DNA of 64,000 nt from Acidobacteriota bacterium (GTDB lineage Bacteria; Acidobacteriota; UBA6911; RPQK01; JAJDTT01): positions 4,864,001-4,928,000 of the forward strand of contig OZ242374.1 of assembly GCA_965209055.1 (NCBI GenBank), in the 5' to 3' direction. The position numbers were made by a program, and so were the translations under genes. How positions within the stretch are numbered: position 1 is the stretch's first letter; each line of letters starts with the position of its first letter. The notes under the pieces are model-generated. The model saw nothing but the letters and a program-made list of their open reading frames with translations. It had not been told where the DNA came from and searched no databases. Shown here piece by piece: positions 1 to 9,947 of this stretch.

Positions 1-852
1 CAGACCCTCTACCCTTCCCGGCGCGGGTACCGCCACGACCAGTTGGATCTGCGCACCGAGTTGAGCCAGGAGCAGAAGGCCACGGAGCCTCTAAACGCCG
101 ACTCCCACCTCACCTTCATGAGTTCCGGCCTCACCAATTGCGCGACCTATGAGAATCGCCCGGATACGCCCGTCTACTTCGTGGACCTGGACGGCATCTG
201 GAACGATGTCCGGCGCCGGCGCCGGACCACGGTGCTGGCTTTCAACGAAGAACAGGTGGTGGCTCGCGTGGACCTCCCGGTTCCGGTGTCCCGGCATCCC
301 ATCGACTCCATCAACCTGATGGATCCCCATCTGGGTTTCTTCTCCCGGCTCCAGGATCTGATCCGGACCCATCGGGTCGATCGGGGGCGCATCGACATCT
401 CCCTGGGGCCGGAAGAACGGAATGCGGGTCTCACCGTGAACGAGTACGAGACCCTGCTGATGAAACACGATCTGGCCAAAGTGCTGAGAAACCCACTGCA
501 TTTCATGGCCAAGAGCGGCCGGCAGATGCTGGGGAACCCGAGGGCCATTCCGGGAAGGGCCAGGGATTACGCCAAATACGATCTGGTCCAGATTCTGAAT
601 CAGACCGTGGACGCCCTGGGGTTGAGCGAATCGGTCTTCGAGCGCCTTCTGCAACGATTCGTCCGGGCGCCCGCCGACCACTTCATGGGCATGGACCGTT
701 CGCTGATCCTGCTGGTGTCCAGCGCCCATGCCAACGGAACCGGCCCCGGCTCCATCGTCAATGGGACCTACCAGAGTCCCATCCTGGTGCAATGGGACCG
801 CCCGGAAACGGACACGCGGCGCCTGGAGATTTCATTGGTCCGATTCGATTGA
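1..852 (+). CDS. YjbQ/UPF0047-like protein, apparently two tandem domains; 5' end outside the window
   Basis: Frame is open from base 1 (QTLYPSRRGYRHDQL...). YjbQ-like motifs YRHD, NADSHL and VYFVDLDG..RRR, plus a second set GTYQ..LVQWD...RR at the C-terminus. Confidence 0.55.
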   Translation, partial: QTLYPSRRGYRHDQLDLRTELSQEQKATEPLNADSHLTFMSSGLTNCATYENRPDTPVYFVDLDGIWNDVRRRRRTTVLAFNEEQVVARVDLPVPVSRHPIDSINLMDPHLGFFSRLQDLIRTHRVDRGRIDISLGPEERNAGLTVNEYETLLMKHDLAKVLRNPLHFMAKSGRQMLGNPRAIPGRARDYAKYDLVQILNQTVDALGLSESVFERLLQRFVRAPADHFMGMDRSLILLVSSAHANGTGPGSIVNGTYQSPILVQWDRPETDTRRLEISLVRFD

Positions 853-853
853 A

Positions 854-1768
854 TCACCCGCCGCCCGTGCGGACCCATTCCAGGATCGTCCGGTAGGACG
901 AGGACTCCCGGCTCCATCGAACGCCTCCGCCGTGTTGGCCGGACCCCGAAGTCCGAGTCCCTTCGGGAGGCTTCTCCCGGGTGGGCTTCAGCAACAGCAG
1001 GCTCTCCTGCGGCCGCTTCAGATCAATGACCCGCAACGCCGAACGATAGTAACTCCGCACCTCTTCCGGTCCGGCCCGTTCCTGAGCCGGCTCCAGGCGG
1101 AAGATGACGTGTGACTTGTGGCAGTCGAAGCAGCTCTTGTCATCGGCGCCGGACTTCTCCAGCAGCGGCAGCACGCGGTCCCGAAAGAATTGGAGCGAGG
1201 GGAGGGTCAGATCCGTCGCCGGACCCTCTCCCGGGAGTTGGGTCAGGCTCTCCGCGATCGCCGGCAGGTCGCGCAGTTCGGGACGGCTTCGAACCAGTTC
1301 CAGCGCCGACTCGCCCAGGGCGGGATCCGGATCCCTCAACGCCTCGCTCAGGAGACTGACGAATCGGAGATCCTGCAATCGTCCCGGTTTCTGACCGGCC
1401 AACTGCAGGATCGCCTCGCGCTTCCAGCCGTCCCGGCTGCGAAACGCCAGACTCAACCGTCTCCGGATCATGGCGAACGATTCCAGTCGCGGCGCCTCGA
1501 GACACAGTTCCACGGCCGCCCGGAAAATCACGGGATCCCTGGAGGCCAGGGACCGGAACACCTTTATCTGCACCGGCCGCCGATCCAGCAATCCCGGATG
1601 GGAAGCCACTGCCCGGAAGTCCTCAGCCTGGGCCTCGGCCGCAAGAAACGCCCGCTCCACCTCGGCCGAGTCCTGCCGACCGGCGGCGGCGCCGAGGGAC
1701 GTACCCATTGCCAACCATAAGACCGCAACCGACTCAATCGGAACCAGCATCAAATGACTCATTGTCAC
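854..1768 (-). CDS. Secreted protein with HEAT-like region and C-terminal c-type cytochrome domain (planctomycete-type)
   Basis: Hydrophobic N-terminus, CFDCH heme-binding motif, SLLLLKPT...HGGG.RW..S..Y..ILEW pattern. Confidence 0.6.
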   Translation of the reverse strand: MTMSHLMLVPIESVAVLWLAMGTSLGAAAGRQDSAEVERAFLAAEAQAEDFRAVASHPGLLDRRPVQIKVFRSLASRDPVIFRAAVELCLEAPRLESFAMIRRRLSLAFRSRDGWKREAILQLAGQKPGRLQDLRFVSLLSEALRDPDPALGESALELVRSRPELRDLPAIAESLTQLPGEGPATDLTLPSLQFFRDRVLPLLEKSGADDKSCFDCHKSHVIFRLEPAQERAGPEEVRSYYRSALRVIDLKRPQESLLLLKPTREKPPEGTRTSGSGQHGGGVRWSRESSSYRTILEWVRTGGG

Positions 1769-1986
1769 TACCGCGCCAGAGGCACTCTAACAACATGCTG
1801 CAAACCTCGCTGCTGAAGGACTCTCCTCCAGATTCCGCTTTTCCTGAGCCTTGGGCCAGTGCCTTCCCGCTCCGGCAGGTCAGAGTCGTTTGTTATCTTG
1901 AAATCGTAGGTTGGTGAGTTGTCGGCTGGACTATCGGGGAAACCAGTTGGTTCGAAACCGCGACTGAAACTCTGGAGGAAAGAGCC

Positions 1987-3411
1987 ATGTCCTTCAACCG
2001 AACCCTGACCGTGGCGCTGATTGCAGCATCGCTCCTGGCGGGTGTGCCTGACCTGCGAGGACAAGAAGAACTGCGGGAGGTCGATGGTCTCATCTATGAC
2101 CTGAGACACCCCGAGTTGGAGCGGCGGAAGACGGCGGTCGTGGGGCTTGGAAAACATCGGATTCGGCAGGCCATCCCGGAATTGTCCAGGCTGGTCAAGG
2201 ACCCGGATGACCTTCTCCGGACCGCGTTGGCCCAGGCTCTGATCAAGATCGGCGACATCCGGGCTCTTCCGGCTCTGATGACGCTCTGCCACGATTCCAG
2301 GAAACAGACGCAACTCGTGGCGGTTCAAGGGTTGGTCAAACTCTATGTGAACCTTCCCGACGGCTTCTTTCACGGGGTGAAACGTGTTGTCAGTTTCATG
2401 AATCCAGCGGACGACGACTACGATCCCCTGGTCGTGGAACCTTACATTTCCGTCAGCCCTGACGCGATCGATACGCTGGCCACTCTGCAGAGTGACTCGG
2501 ACGCGGACGTTCGGAGGAACGCCGCCCTTGCTCTGGGGATACTGCGCGGCCGTCGAGCCCTTCCCACACTACAAGCCGCTCTGGAGCAAGAACCGGAAAA
2601 CGGCGTGAAGGTGGAGATGATCCGCGCCATCTACAAGATCGGGGACCCCGAAGCCGGCGTCACGTTGGTTCCCCTGATTTGGGCCCCCGACAAGAAGGTC
2701 CACGACGAGGCCATTTTCGCGTTGGGGCGTCTGAGGGTGGAGGCTGCGGTCCCGGCGCTCACGGAGCTATACAACAGCGGCGTTACGGAGCGGAAGAAGA
2801 TTCTCGGCGGGCTGGTCCCCGTGAGTCGAAGCGACGATCTGAGGCGAAAGACTCTCGAAGCCCTGGCGAATATCGGCGACCGTCGCAGTCAGGGAATATT
2901 CATCGAGGCGATCGCAGACGAAAGAACTGCCTTTCGCCGGTATGGCGCCGAGGGATTAGGCAGAATCGGAGACCCGAGCCTGATCCCCAAGTTGGCGTAC
3001 ATGTTCCAAGGCGAGCGGGAACCGGAAGTGATCTCGGCCCTGAACTTTGCCCTCTTTCGTCTGGGCGGTGACGCGCACCTTCCCGAACTGGTGGACCGAA
3101 TCAACAACGATCAAGTCTACTTCTACCTGTTGGAACTGGAACCGGAGGAGGTTCCCAAGCTCCATCCGCATCTCCTGCTGAACGCCAAGGAACCTGGTAT
3201 TCAGGTCCGTCTCCTGGACGTCATCGGTCAGCGCGGCGATACCTCTTCCCTGGCGGTGGTGGAACCCCTGACCCGGAGCGAAAACTCTGACGTGATCTCC
3301 TCTGCAAACGTCGCGCTGAGGCGGCTCCAGGGCCGGCACCCCGGTGCGACCTTGAGTTCCATGGTGGGCCCTGACGCCACCGGCGAAAGCGTTGGCGTTC
3401 CGGTGAATTGA
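1987..3411 (+). CDS. Secreted HEAT-repeat protein
   Basis: RBS GGAGGA, signal peptide, repeated VRRNAALALG / AIFALGRL / AEGLGRIGD units. Confidence 0.8.
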   Translation: MSFNRTLTVALIAASLLAGVPDLRGQEELREVDGLIYDLRHPELERRKTAVVGLGKHRIRQAIPELSRLVKDPDDLLRTALAQALIKIGDIRALPALMTLCHDSRKQTQLVAVQGLVKLYVNLPDGFFHGVKRVVSFMNPADDDYDPLVVEPYISVSPDAIDTLATLQSDSDADVRRNAALALGILRGRRALPTLQAALEQEPENGVKVEMIRAIYKIGDPEAGVTLVPLIWAPDKKVHDEAIFALGRLRVEAAVPALTELYNSGVTERKKILGGLVPVSRSDDLRRKTLEALANIGDRRSQGIFIEAIADERTAFRRYGAEGLGRIGDPSLIPKLAYMFQGEREPEVISALNFALFRLGGDAHLPELVDRINNDQVYFYLLELEPEEVPKLHPHLLLNAKEPGIQVRLLDVIGQRGDTSSLAVVEPLTRSENSDVISSANVALRRLQGRHPGATLSSMVGPDATGESVGVPVN

Positions 3412-3430
3412 CGGGCAACGGCGAAGAGAT

Positions 3431-4900
3431 TCAGTCCAGTCCCAAGTGAGGCCAGAGCCGGTCTACCCGTTCCCGGGTGTCCGTATCCATGACGATCTCT
3501 TCGGGCCAATCTCTCTGAAATCCCTCCTCGGGCCACTTCCGAGTGGCGTCGATCCCCATCTTGGAGCCGAAGTCGGGCAGACGGGAGGCGTGGTCCAGGG
3601 AGTCGACGGGGCCCAGCGTGAACTGGATGTCACGCTCGGGATCGATGTGGTTGAGAGCCCTCAAGAGGACCTCCGGATAGTCGTTGAGGTCGACGTCCTC
3701 GTCCAGAACGATGATGCACTTGGAGAACATGAGCTGACCCAATCCCCAGATGGCGCTCATGACCTTGCGGGCGTGTCCCGGATACCGTTTTCGGATACGG
3801 ACCAGGACCAGGTTGTGGAAAATGCCCTCGAAGGGCAGGTGCATGTCCAGGATCTCCGGGAGCTGCTTTCGTATCAGGGGCAGGAAGATCCGCTCCACGG
3901 CATATCCCATGTAGCAATCCTCCTGGGGAGGCTTGCCCACGATGATGGTCTGGTAGATGGGATCGCGGCGGTGCGTGACGCAGGTCACGTGAAAGACCGG
4001 GTACTCGTCGGCCAGGGAATAGTACCCGGTGTGGTCCCCGAAGGGTCCTTCGGTCCGGAGTTCGTCCAGGTTCACATACCCTTCCAGGACGATCTCGGCG
4101 TTGGCCGGAACTTCCAAATCGACGGTCTTGCAAGCCGTCATCTCCACCGGGGAACGCCGCAGGAACCCGGCGAACATCATCTCGTCCAGGTCATCGGGCA
4201 AGGGCGCAATGGCGGAGAAGACGGTGGCCGGATCCGCCCCGATGGCGGCAGCTACTTCCATGCGCCTTCCGCTCGCCTCCGCGCCGCCAAGGCGGACGGC
4301 CTCCCGAAAATGCTGGGCGCCGTGCTTGTGAGTCTGCCAGTGCATGGCCGTGGTCCGTTCGTCGAAGACCTGCATGCGGTACATGCCGCAGTTGCGCTTT
4401 CCCGACTCGGGATTCTTGCTGAAGACCAGGGGCATGGTGATGAAACGGCCGCCGTCCCCGGGCCAGCACTTGAGAATGGGAAAGTCGAGCAGGGAGAAGC
4501 CTTCCGTCTTGACCACCTCCTGACAGACGCCCCGGCGCACCATCTTGGGAGTCAGGGACGCCAATTCGGTGAGCTTGGGAAGCAGCTTCAGTTTGTCCAT
4601 CGCACCGGAGGGGGCCTTCAGGTCCAGCAGGTCCTCGATCCGATCCGCAATCCGATTGACGGAATCGACCCCCAGGGCCAGATTCATCCGGTTGTAGGAA
4701 CCCAGGGCATTGATGAGCAGCGGATGTTTCGACCCTTTGGGCTTCTCGAAGAGCAACGCGGGCCCCATGCGCTTGGAGACCCGATCCGCGATCTCGGCGA
4801 TCTCCAGCACCGGATCCACCGGCGTGTCGATGCGCCTCAGTTCTCCCTGCCGTTCCAGGACCTGGACGAATTCTCTCAGGTCCCGGTGCGGATACTTCAT
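3431..4900 (-). CDS. ubiD: UbiD-family (menaquinone biosynthesis) prFMN-dependent decarboxylase
   Basis: Start MKYPHRDLREF at 4900; motifs RNCGMYRMQ, EGPFGDHTGYY, KMGIDAT. Confidence 0.92.
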   Translation of the reverse strand: MKYPHRDLREFVQVLERQGELRRIDTPVDPVLEIAEIADRVSKRMGPALLFEKPKGSKHPLLINALGSYNRMNLALGVDSVNRIADRIEDLLDLKAPSGAMDKLKLLPKLTELASLTPKMVRRGVCQEVVKTEGFSLLDFPILKCWPGDGGRFITMPLVFSKNPESGKRNCGMYRMQVFDERTTAMHWQTHKHGAQHFREAVRLGGAEASGRRMEVAAAIGADPATVFSAIAPLPDDLDEMMFAGFLRRSPVEMTACKTVDLEVPANAEIVLEGYVNLDELRTEGPFGDHTGYYSLADEYPVFHVTCVTHRRDPIYQTIIVGKPPQEDCYMGYAVERIFLPLIRKQLPEILDMHLPFEGIFHNLVLVRIRKRYPGHARKVMSAIWGLGQLMFSKCIIVLDEDVDLNDYPEVLLRALNHIDPERDIQFTLGPVDSLDHASRLPDFGSKMGIDATRKWPEEGFQRDWPEEIVMDTDTRERVDRLWPHLGLD

Positions 4901-5184
4901 CTCAGCCCCACCTTTCGCAGAAGATCCTCCAGTTCCCGCCGGAACGCCTCCCGGTTCAGATCCCGGCTCCCATCGGGGCCGTCCACCCGAAACAGTTCCG
5001 CCTGCCGGATCACATCGGACGGCGAGGGCAAGCCTCTCAATTCGCTCAAGGCGAGGAACCGGCCATAGTTGTTGGCCCGCTCCAAGCCCCCCGAACTCAC
5101 GAGGATGAAGCCGGTGTCGGAACTCCCCAGCCGAACCTGGCAATCCCGCAGCCGGCAATAGTCGGAAATCTCTTCAAGGGTCAT
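4897..5184 (-). CDS. Small hypothetical protein, translationally coupled to ubiD
   Basis: MTLEEISDYC..., 95 aa; ATGA overlap with the ubiD start. Confidence 0.6.
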   Translation of the reverse strand: MTLEEISDYCRLRDCQVRLGSSDTGFILVSSGGLERANNYGRFLALSELRGLPSPSDVIRQAELFRVDGPDGSRDLNREAFRRELEDLLRKVGLR

Positions 5185-5232
5185 GGTTGTCAGCCGGTAA
5201 TTCTCCAACGCGGTCCATTGCAGGTCAAATTG

Positions 5233-5352
5233 GAGCCGCCGTTTCCAACCGCCGAGCGGAGCGGCGATTTCCTTATCGCCGCTCCGGAACAGCGGGTTCC
5301 AACGCCCGAAGTCCGGCACCCACATGAGACGGGGGGCGACTACAAATCGCCC
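5233..5352. repeat. Cluster of REP-like palindromes
   Basis: GCCGTTTCCAACCGCC, GGCGATTTCCTTATCGCC, GGCGACTACAAATCGCC; the same family recurs in other intergenic regions. Confidence 0.65.
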
Positions 5353-5396
5353 CTCCTGTCTTTTCTGCCGCCCCCGGCCCGGCTAACCTGAGAGGC

Positions 5397-6272
5397 ATGC
5401 CGAAACAACACGAGGCCTTGTTGGGCGCCCACATGTCGATTGCGGGAGGCATTCCCAAGTCCCTCGACCGGGCCATGGACGCCGGCTGCAACGTCCTCCA
5501 GATCTTCGTCAAGAACAACAACCAGTGGCGGGGCCGGCCCTTGCACGACCCCGAAGTGCACGAGTTCCGGCAACGCCGGGCCGAGTCCTCCATCCGCCAG
5601 GTGGTGGCCCACGATTCCTACCTCATCAATCTCGCGTCCCCCAAACCGGATCTCTGGGAACGCTCCATCGCCGCGTTCCTGGACGAGATGAAACGCTGCG
5701 AACGGCTGGGACTGAGTCACCTGGTCACTCACCCGGGAGCCCACGTGGGTGCCGGCGAGGCCTGGGGCATCGACCGGATCGCGGCGGCGCTGAATCGGAT
5801 CCTGGAGCGAACGGCCTCCTACCAGGTCAAGATCGCACTTGAGACCACCGCCGGCCAGGGAACCACCCTGGGCCACCGCTTTCAACATCTCCGGGACATC
5901 ATGGCCGGGTGCGGGTCCCCGGAGCGGATCGTCGTCTGCATGGACACGTGTCACGTCTTCGCCGCCGGCTATGAGATCAGAACCGAGGAGGGTTACGCCG
6001 GCGTCATGGACCAGTTCGACCAGGTCGTGGGCCTGGAAAAACTGGAGGTCCTGCATTTCAACGACAGCAAGCGATCCTTCGGAAGCCGCGTGGACCGGCA
6101 TGAGCACATCGGAGAGGGGGAGATCGGGAAGTCGGCGTTCGGCTGGTTTCTGAACGACCCTCGCCTGGTCCAGGTCCCCAAGTTGCTGGAGACGCCGAAA
6201 GAAAACGAGGGGGAGGCCGACCGGAGAAACCTGAAGGTGCTGCGCTCTCTGTTGGACAAACCTGAGCCATGA
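5397..6272 (+). CDS. nfo: Endonuclease IV (AP endonuclease)
   Basis: GAHMSIAGG, HDSYLINLAS, HPGAH, ETTAGQG, DTCH, HFNDSK, DRHEHIG, LETP. Confidence 0.96.
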   Translation: MPKQHEALLGAHMSIAGGIPKSLDRAMDAGCNVLQIFVKNNNQWRGRPLHDPEVHEFRQRRAESSIRQVVAHDSYLINLASPKPDLWERSIAAFLDEMKRCERLGLSHLVTHPGAHVGAGEAWGIDRIAAALNRILERTASYQVKIALETTAGQGTTLGHRFQHLRDIMAGCGSPERIVVCMDTCHVFAAGYEIRTEEGYAGVMDQFDQVVGLEKLEVLHFNDSKRSFGSRVDRHEHIGEGEIGKSAFGWFLNDPRLVQVPKLLETPKENEGEADRRNLKVLRSLLDKPEP

Positions 6273-6679
6273 ACTCCTACAGCGCCCAGGAACGGGAAGA
6301 GATCCTCCTGGACTACTTCGGCTCCGCGTCCGAAGACGACCCGCTCTGTCCCGACTGCGGTGAGGACCTGGAATTTCGATCGCAGTACCCCTCAGGAGAT
6401 TCTCCGTACCGGCTCCGGGTGGACTGTCCCGACTGCCACGCCGGATTCACTTGGGAACAGGACCGGGACCGGGAGGACTGGACCTCGATTCAGCTCTCCT
6501 ACTGCCGGGAACGGTACCGGCAAGGGAACGCGCCCCGCTGTCCCGTGGATGATTCCTACATCGTCTGCACCGAGTTCACCGACGACACGGTGGAGTTTCG
6601 CTGCCCCTACTGCAACCGCAGCGGCCGGGCACGGACAGGCGTCAACCCACCGGCTCCCGAATCGCAGGATCTCAGGTAG
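6269..6679 (+). CDS. Hypothetical double zinc-ribbon protein
   Basis: ATGA overlap with nfo; CPDC, CPDC, CPVD and CPYC motifs. Confidence 0.7.
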   Translation: MNSYSAQEREEILLDYFGSASEDDPLCPDCGEDLEFRSQYPSGDSPYRLRVDCPDCHAGFTWEQDRDREDWTSIQLSYCRERYRQGNAPRCPVDDSYIVCTEFTDDTVEFRCPYCNRSGRARTGVNPPAPESQDLR

Positions 6680-6776
6680 CCAAGGGTTCTGCGGCTGGAA
6701 ACCCGCCGCTCCCGGGTGCTACCATTTGCCCCGATTTTTCCGCTTATCGAAATCAGAATCGAGGGAGCAGACAGGC

Positions 6777-7394
6777 ATGAAAAACTACGTGGTCGAGTTT
6801 ATTGGGGCATTCTTCCTGGTGCTGGTCATTGGCTTGGCTTCCGGAGACCTGGCGCCGCTGGCCATTGGCGGCGCGCTGATGATCATGGTCTACATGGGGG
6901 GCCACGTTTCGGGGGCCCACTACAACCCGGCCGTCTCCATCGCCTGCCTGGTCCGAGGCGCCCTGGACGGCGCCACCACGGGAATCTACATCGTGAGTCA
7001 GATCCTGGGGGCGCTGGCGGGAGCCTGCACGGCCACTTTCCTGGCGGGACAAGCGACCACGGTGGCCCCCGGCGACGGCGTCAGCGCCACGAACGCGCTC
7101 CTGGCCGAGTTTCTGCTGACCTTTGCCCTGGCCTCGGTGGTCCTCAACGTCGCCACCTCCAAGGACCATCCCGACAACTCGTTCTATGGGCTGGCCATCG
7201 GATTCACCATCTTCGTCGGGGCCGTTTCAGTGGGCCCCATCTCGGGAGGGGCCTTCAACCCGGCGGTGGCGCTGGGCCACAACATCGTCTCCGGCTCACT
7301 GGGAAACATCTGGATCTACCTGCTGGGCCCCGTTGCCGGCGCCGTCGCGGCCTCACTCGTGTTTCGAATCACGAACCCCCACGAGTTCGAGTAG
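6777..7394 (+). CDS. Aquaporin (MIP family)
   Basis: Start MKNYVVEF; SGAHYNPA and SGGAFNPA motifs; six hydrophobic segments. Confidence 0.93.
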   Translation: MKNYVVEFIGAFFLVLVIGLASGDLAPLAIGGALMIMVYMGGHVSGAHYNPAVSIACLVRGALDGATTGIYIVSQILGALAGACTATFLAGQATTVAPGDGVSATNALLAEFLLTFALASVVLNVATSKDHPDNSFYGLAIGFTIFVGAVSVGPISGGAFNPAVALGHNIVSGSLGNIWIYLLGPVAGAVAASLVFRITNPHEFE

Positions 7395-7527
7395 CCGGTT
7401 CCGCAAAGACGGTCGATACAGCGAGAAACCGGCAACTACGGTAATCCGTCCTTGATCGGAGCGTGTTTCGCATTGATGGCTCGATTCCAATATTGAGTAA
7501 ATTTAGGCAATACCGTATCAGGAGTGC

Positions 7528-8244
7528 ATGGCCACCTATGAACGGGCCCACGTCTCGAAGCTCTTTGACCGCCTCGCGGAAATTGCCCACCGGCTGATCA
7601 TCATCACCGGACCCCGCCAGACGGGCAAGACGACACTCGTCCGGCAAGCTCTGGCGCGGATTCGACGACCTCATCACTATCTGGCCGTCGACGAACCTGA
7701 AACGGCGACGCTCCCCTCCTTCCCGACGCTCGCCGAAGGCATGGCACTGCCCTCCACTCGGTTGTTCGTTCCACTCGGACACGAGAGAGATCTACAGTGG
7801 CTTGTCCGCCATTGGGAACGAGCCCGGATAGAAGCCAGCCGTTCGGAACGGGGCTTCGTCCTGGTATTGGACGAGATCCAGAAAATCCCCAACTGGTCCG
7901 AAGCCGTGAAGGGATTGTGGGACGCCGACCGGCGTCATGGCCGTCAACTCCACGTGGTCCTGTTGGGCTCGGCCCCGCTTCGCATGCAGCAAGGTTTGAC
8001 CGAGAGCCTGGCCGGCCGGTTCGAGACTATCCGTCTCACACACTTGTCGTTTGCAGAGATGGCGGCAACGTTCGACTTCGACTTTCGGAGCTACGTCTAT
8101 TTCGGCGGCTACCCCGGCGGCGCCCCGTACATCCACGAGCCGGACCGTTGGCGCGCTTCCATCTTGACCGCGCTCGGAGGTATCGGTGACGATGTTCGGT
8201 TCCCTTGTTATCGGAACGGATTGATCACGCGCAGGCCCGCGTAG
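7528..8244 (+). pseudogene. AAA_14/DUF4143-type ATPase, C-terminally truncated
   Basis: GPRQTGKTT, LVLDEIQK, LLGS, ESLAGR, FGGYP, then runs into the end of the vapC gene without the usual C-terminal half. Confidence 0.7.
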
Positions 8245-8615
8245 TTCTGCTGGTCGCTCAGATCCTCAGAGTACACCGCGTCGCACCCGCTTGTTCGCGC
8301 GGCAGCGAGAATCGCTCCGTCCCAGTACGACAGCCGGAAGCGCTGACTCAGCGCCACGCCAACCCGAAATACCGCGAGGGTCATGTCCTGCACCGGGAAC
8401 TCGCGAATGGATTCGATGAACCTCAGCGCCTGCGAAGAGGTCAGCGGTTCTGTACGACTGGATCTCGTGACCTGCGAATAGAACTCCTGGAGCACCTGCA
8501 CCGACACTACCAAGCCCCCCTCTCGCAACAGTTCCTGCGCCCGGCGACGCTTCTCGGCCTCCCTGGGAGACGGGCTGACCGCGTATATCAAGACGTTGGT
8601 GTCAACGAATCGCAT
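8208..8615 (-). CDS. vapC: PIN-domain toxin (VapC family)
   Basis: MRFVDTNVLIYA, QVLQEFY, SYWDGAILAAA, YSEDL, INPF. Confidence 0.9.
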   Translation of the reverse strand: MRFVDTNVLIYAVSPSPREAEKRRRAQELLREGGLVVSVQVLQEFYSQVTRSSRTEPLTSSQALRFIESIREFPVQDMTLAVFRVGVALSQRFRLSYWDGAILAAARTSGCDAVYSEDLSDQQNYAGLRVINPFR

Positions 8616-8892
8616 CGCGGTCGTATAGGGCTTCTCGGGGGATATTGTCGGCCGCCTTGAATCCACTACGGGTAGCGCAGATGTCCTCGAACACCTCTTT
8701 CAATAGCCGGCGCCGGCGGTCGCGCTCGGTCTCCACCTCCAGTTCCTGATCGCCGGTCCACTCGACGGGGTCTCGAACCAGACGTTCGAGAAAGCGACGC
8801 ACCAGGGCAGACACGGAGGTGTCCAATTCCGCCGCCCGGATGCGAGAACGTCGATACGTGCTGTCGTCAATGGATACCGTGATGTTCCTCAT
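8602..8892 (-). CDS. Ribbon-helix-helix antitoxin paired with the PIN toxin
   Basis: MRNITVSID...RIRAAELDTSVSALVRRFL...REALYDR; overlaps the toxin start. Confidence 0.85.
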   Translation of the reverse strand: MRNITVSIDDSTYRRSRIRAAELDTSVSALVRRFLERLVRDPVEWTGDQELEVETERDRRRRLLKEVFEDICATRSGFKAADNIPREALYDRDAIR

Positions 8893-8927
8893 CGACACAT
8901 TCTCACAGTTTCAGTGTATCACAGGAT

Positions 8928-9125
8928 CTACGTGTGAAGAGGATTCACCCGTTGCCTCTCAGCAGCGTTCTCAGGCTTGATCGGCGCTGTTGCGTCTGTC
9001 GGTGCATCGAATTCGTCCAGCAGCACGGCCGCCGATTCATGGATGTCGAGCTTGCCGGTGACGACAGCGGCGATCAGGTGCGTCCGGTATTCGCGGAGGA
9101 GGTCATTCTCTCTTGCGATCCTCAT
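8928..9125 (-). pseudogene. C-terminal remnant of a type I restriction specificity subunit (HsdS)
   Basis: LLREYRTHLIAAVVTGKLDI resembles the conserved HsdS C-terminus; no upstream body. Confidence 0.6.
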
Positions 9126-9192
9126 CAGCCCGCATTTCTCAGAAGCTCCCCCGCCTGCCGGTAGCCGGCGAAATCCCGGTAGAAAAAGTATG

Positions 9193-9260
9193 GGCGGCGG
9201 TTTCCCAACCGCCGGACTCCGGTAACACTATGGAGAAATGGGCGATTGGAAATCGCCTCC
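9193..9260. repeat. REP-like palindrome pair
   Basis: GGCGGTTTCCCAACCGCC and GGCGATTGGAAATCGCC. Confidence 0.65.
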
Positions 9261-9289
9261 TTTCAGAGAAGTGTGCAGAAGGGGACGGT

Positions 9290-9394
9290 CACTTTGTTGC
9301 TTGTTGTTCGGATCAAGCGGATCGCGATCCATGCCGGATCGGCGATACGCCACCCGACGTGGGCATCCTGAACTGTTTCGCACCGCAGTTCCAT
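9290..9394 (-). pseudogene. Frameshifted 5' remnant of a RES-domain toxin
   Basis: MELRCETVQDAHVGWRIADPAW, then after a frame change RDPLDP; starts 2 nt after the stop of the HTH antitoxin. Confidence 0.45.
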
Positions 9395-9396
9395 GG

Positions 9397-9787
9397 TCAC
9401 GCGTGCACTCGCTCGAACCGGAACATGTTGCGGCATACCGCCACCACCGCTTGCGTGTCACCGTGCGCCAGCAGGCTCACCAGGGACGCGCCGCCAAGCG
9501 ATTGGATCGGCCTGCGCACGACGGCGGGGATTCGGTCGCGTTTGAGATAGTGCGCGAGGACGTCGGTGGCGGCAGCCAAGTCCGAGACTGCTCCAGCACG
9601 CTCGGGGGGCACGCCCTGTCGCAGCCACTTGCCGACTGCTTGGCGGCTCACACCGAAGAGACGGGCCGCTTCGGCTTGGCTCAGGTCCCATACTTCAAGG
9701 GTTCGCGCCAAGGACCCGCCCGCGCGCGGGCGATCAAGGCTGGACGAGGAGGCTGTGGCAGTGGTGGCGGAGCTGGTCGAAGTCATC
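9397..9787 (-). CDS. HTH antitoxin (Xre/MbcA-like)
   Basis: LSQAEAARLFGVSRQAVGKW helix-turn-helix, then RDRIPAVVRRP..LGGAS; start uncertain. Confidence 0.65.
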
Positions 9788-9947
9788 GGTTCGGGGCCAT
9801 CTGAGTGGTGAAAGGAAACTGGAGAAACCCACATCTGCCGTTGCCGGGAGCCAACCATTTTTCTCAGCGGTAGATTGAAGCCGGTGGAACGGATATTGTC
9901 GTTTTGTCGCTTGAACGAAGTTGCCTCGTCGAGTCGGAGACGTCTTG

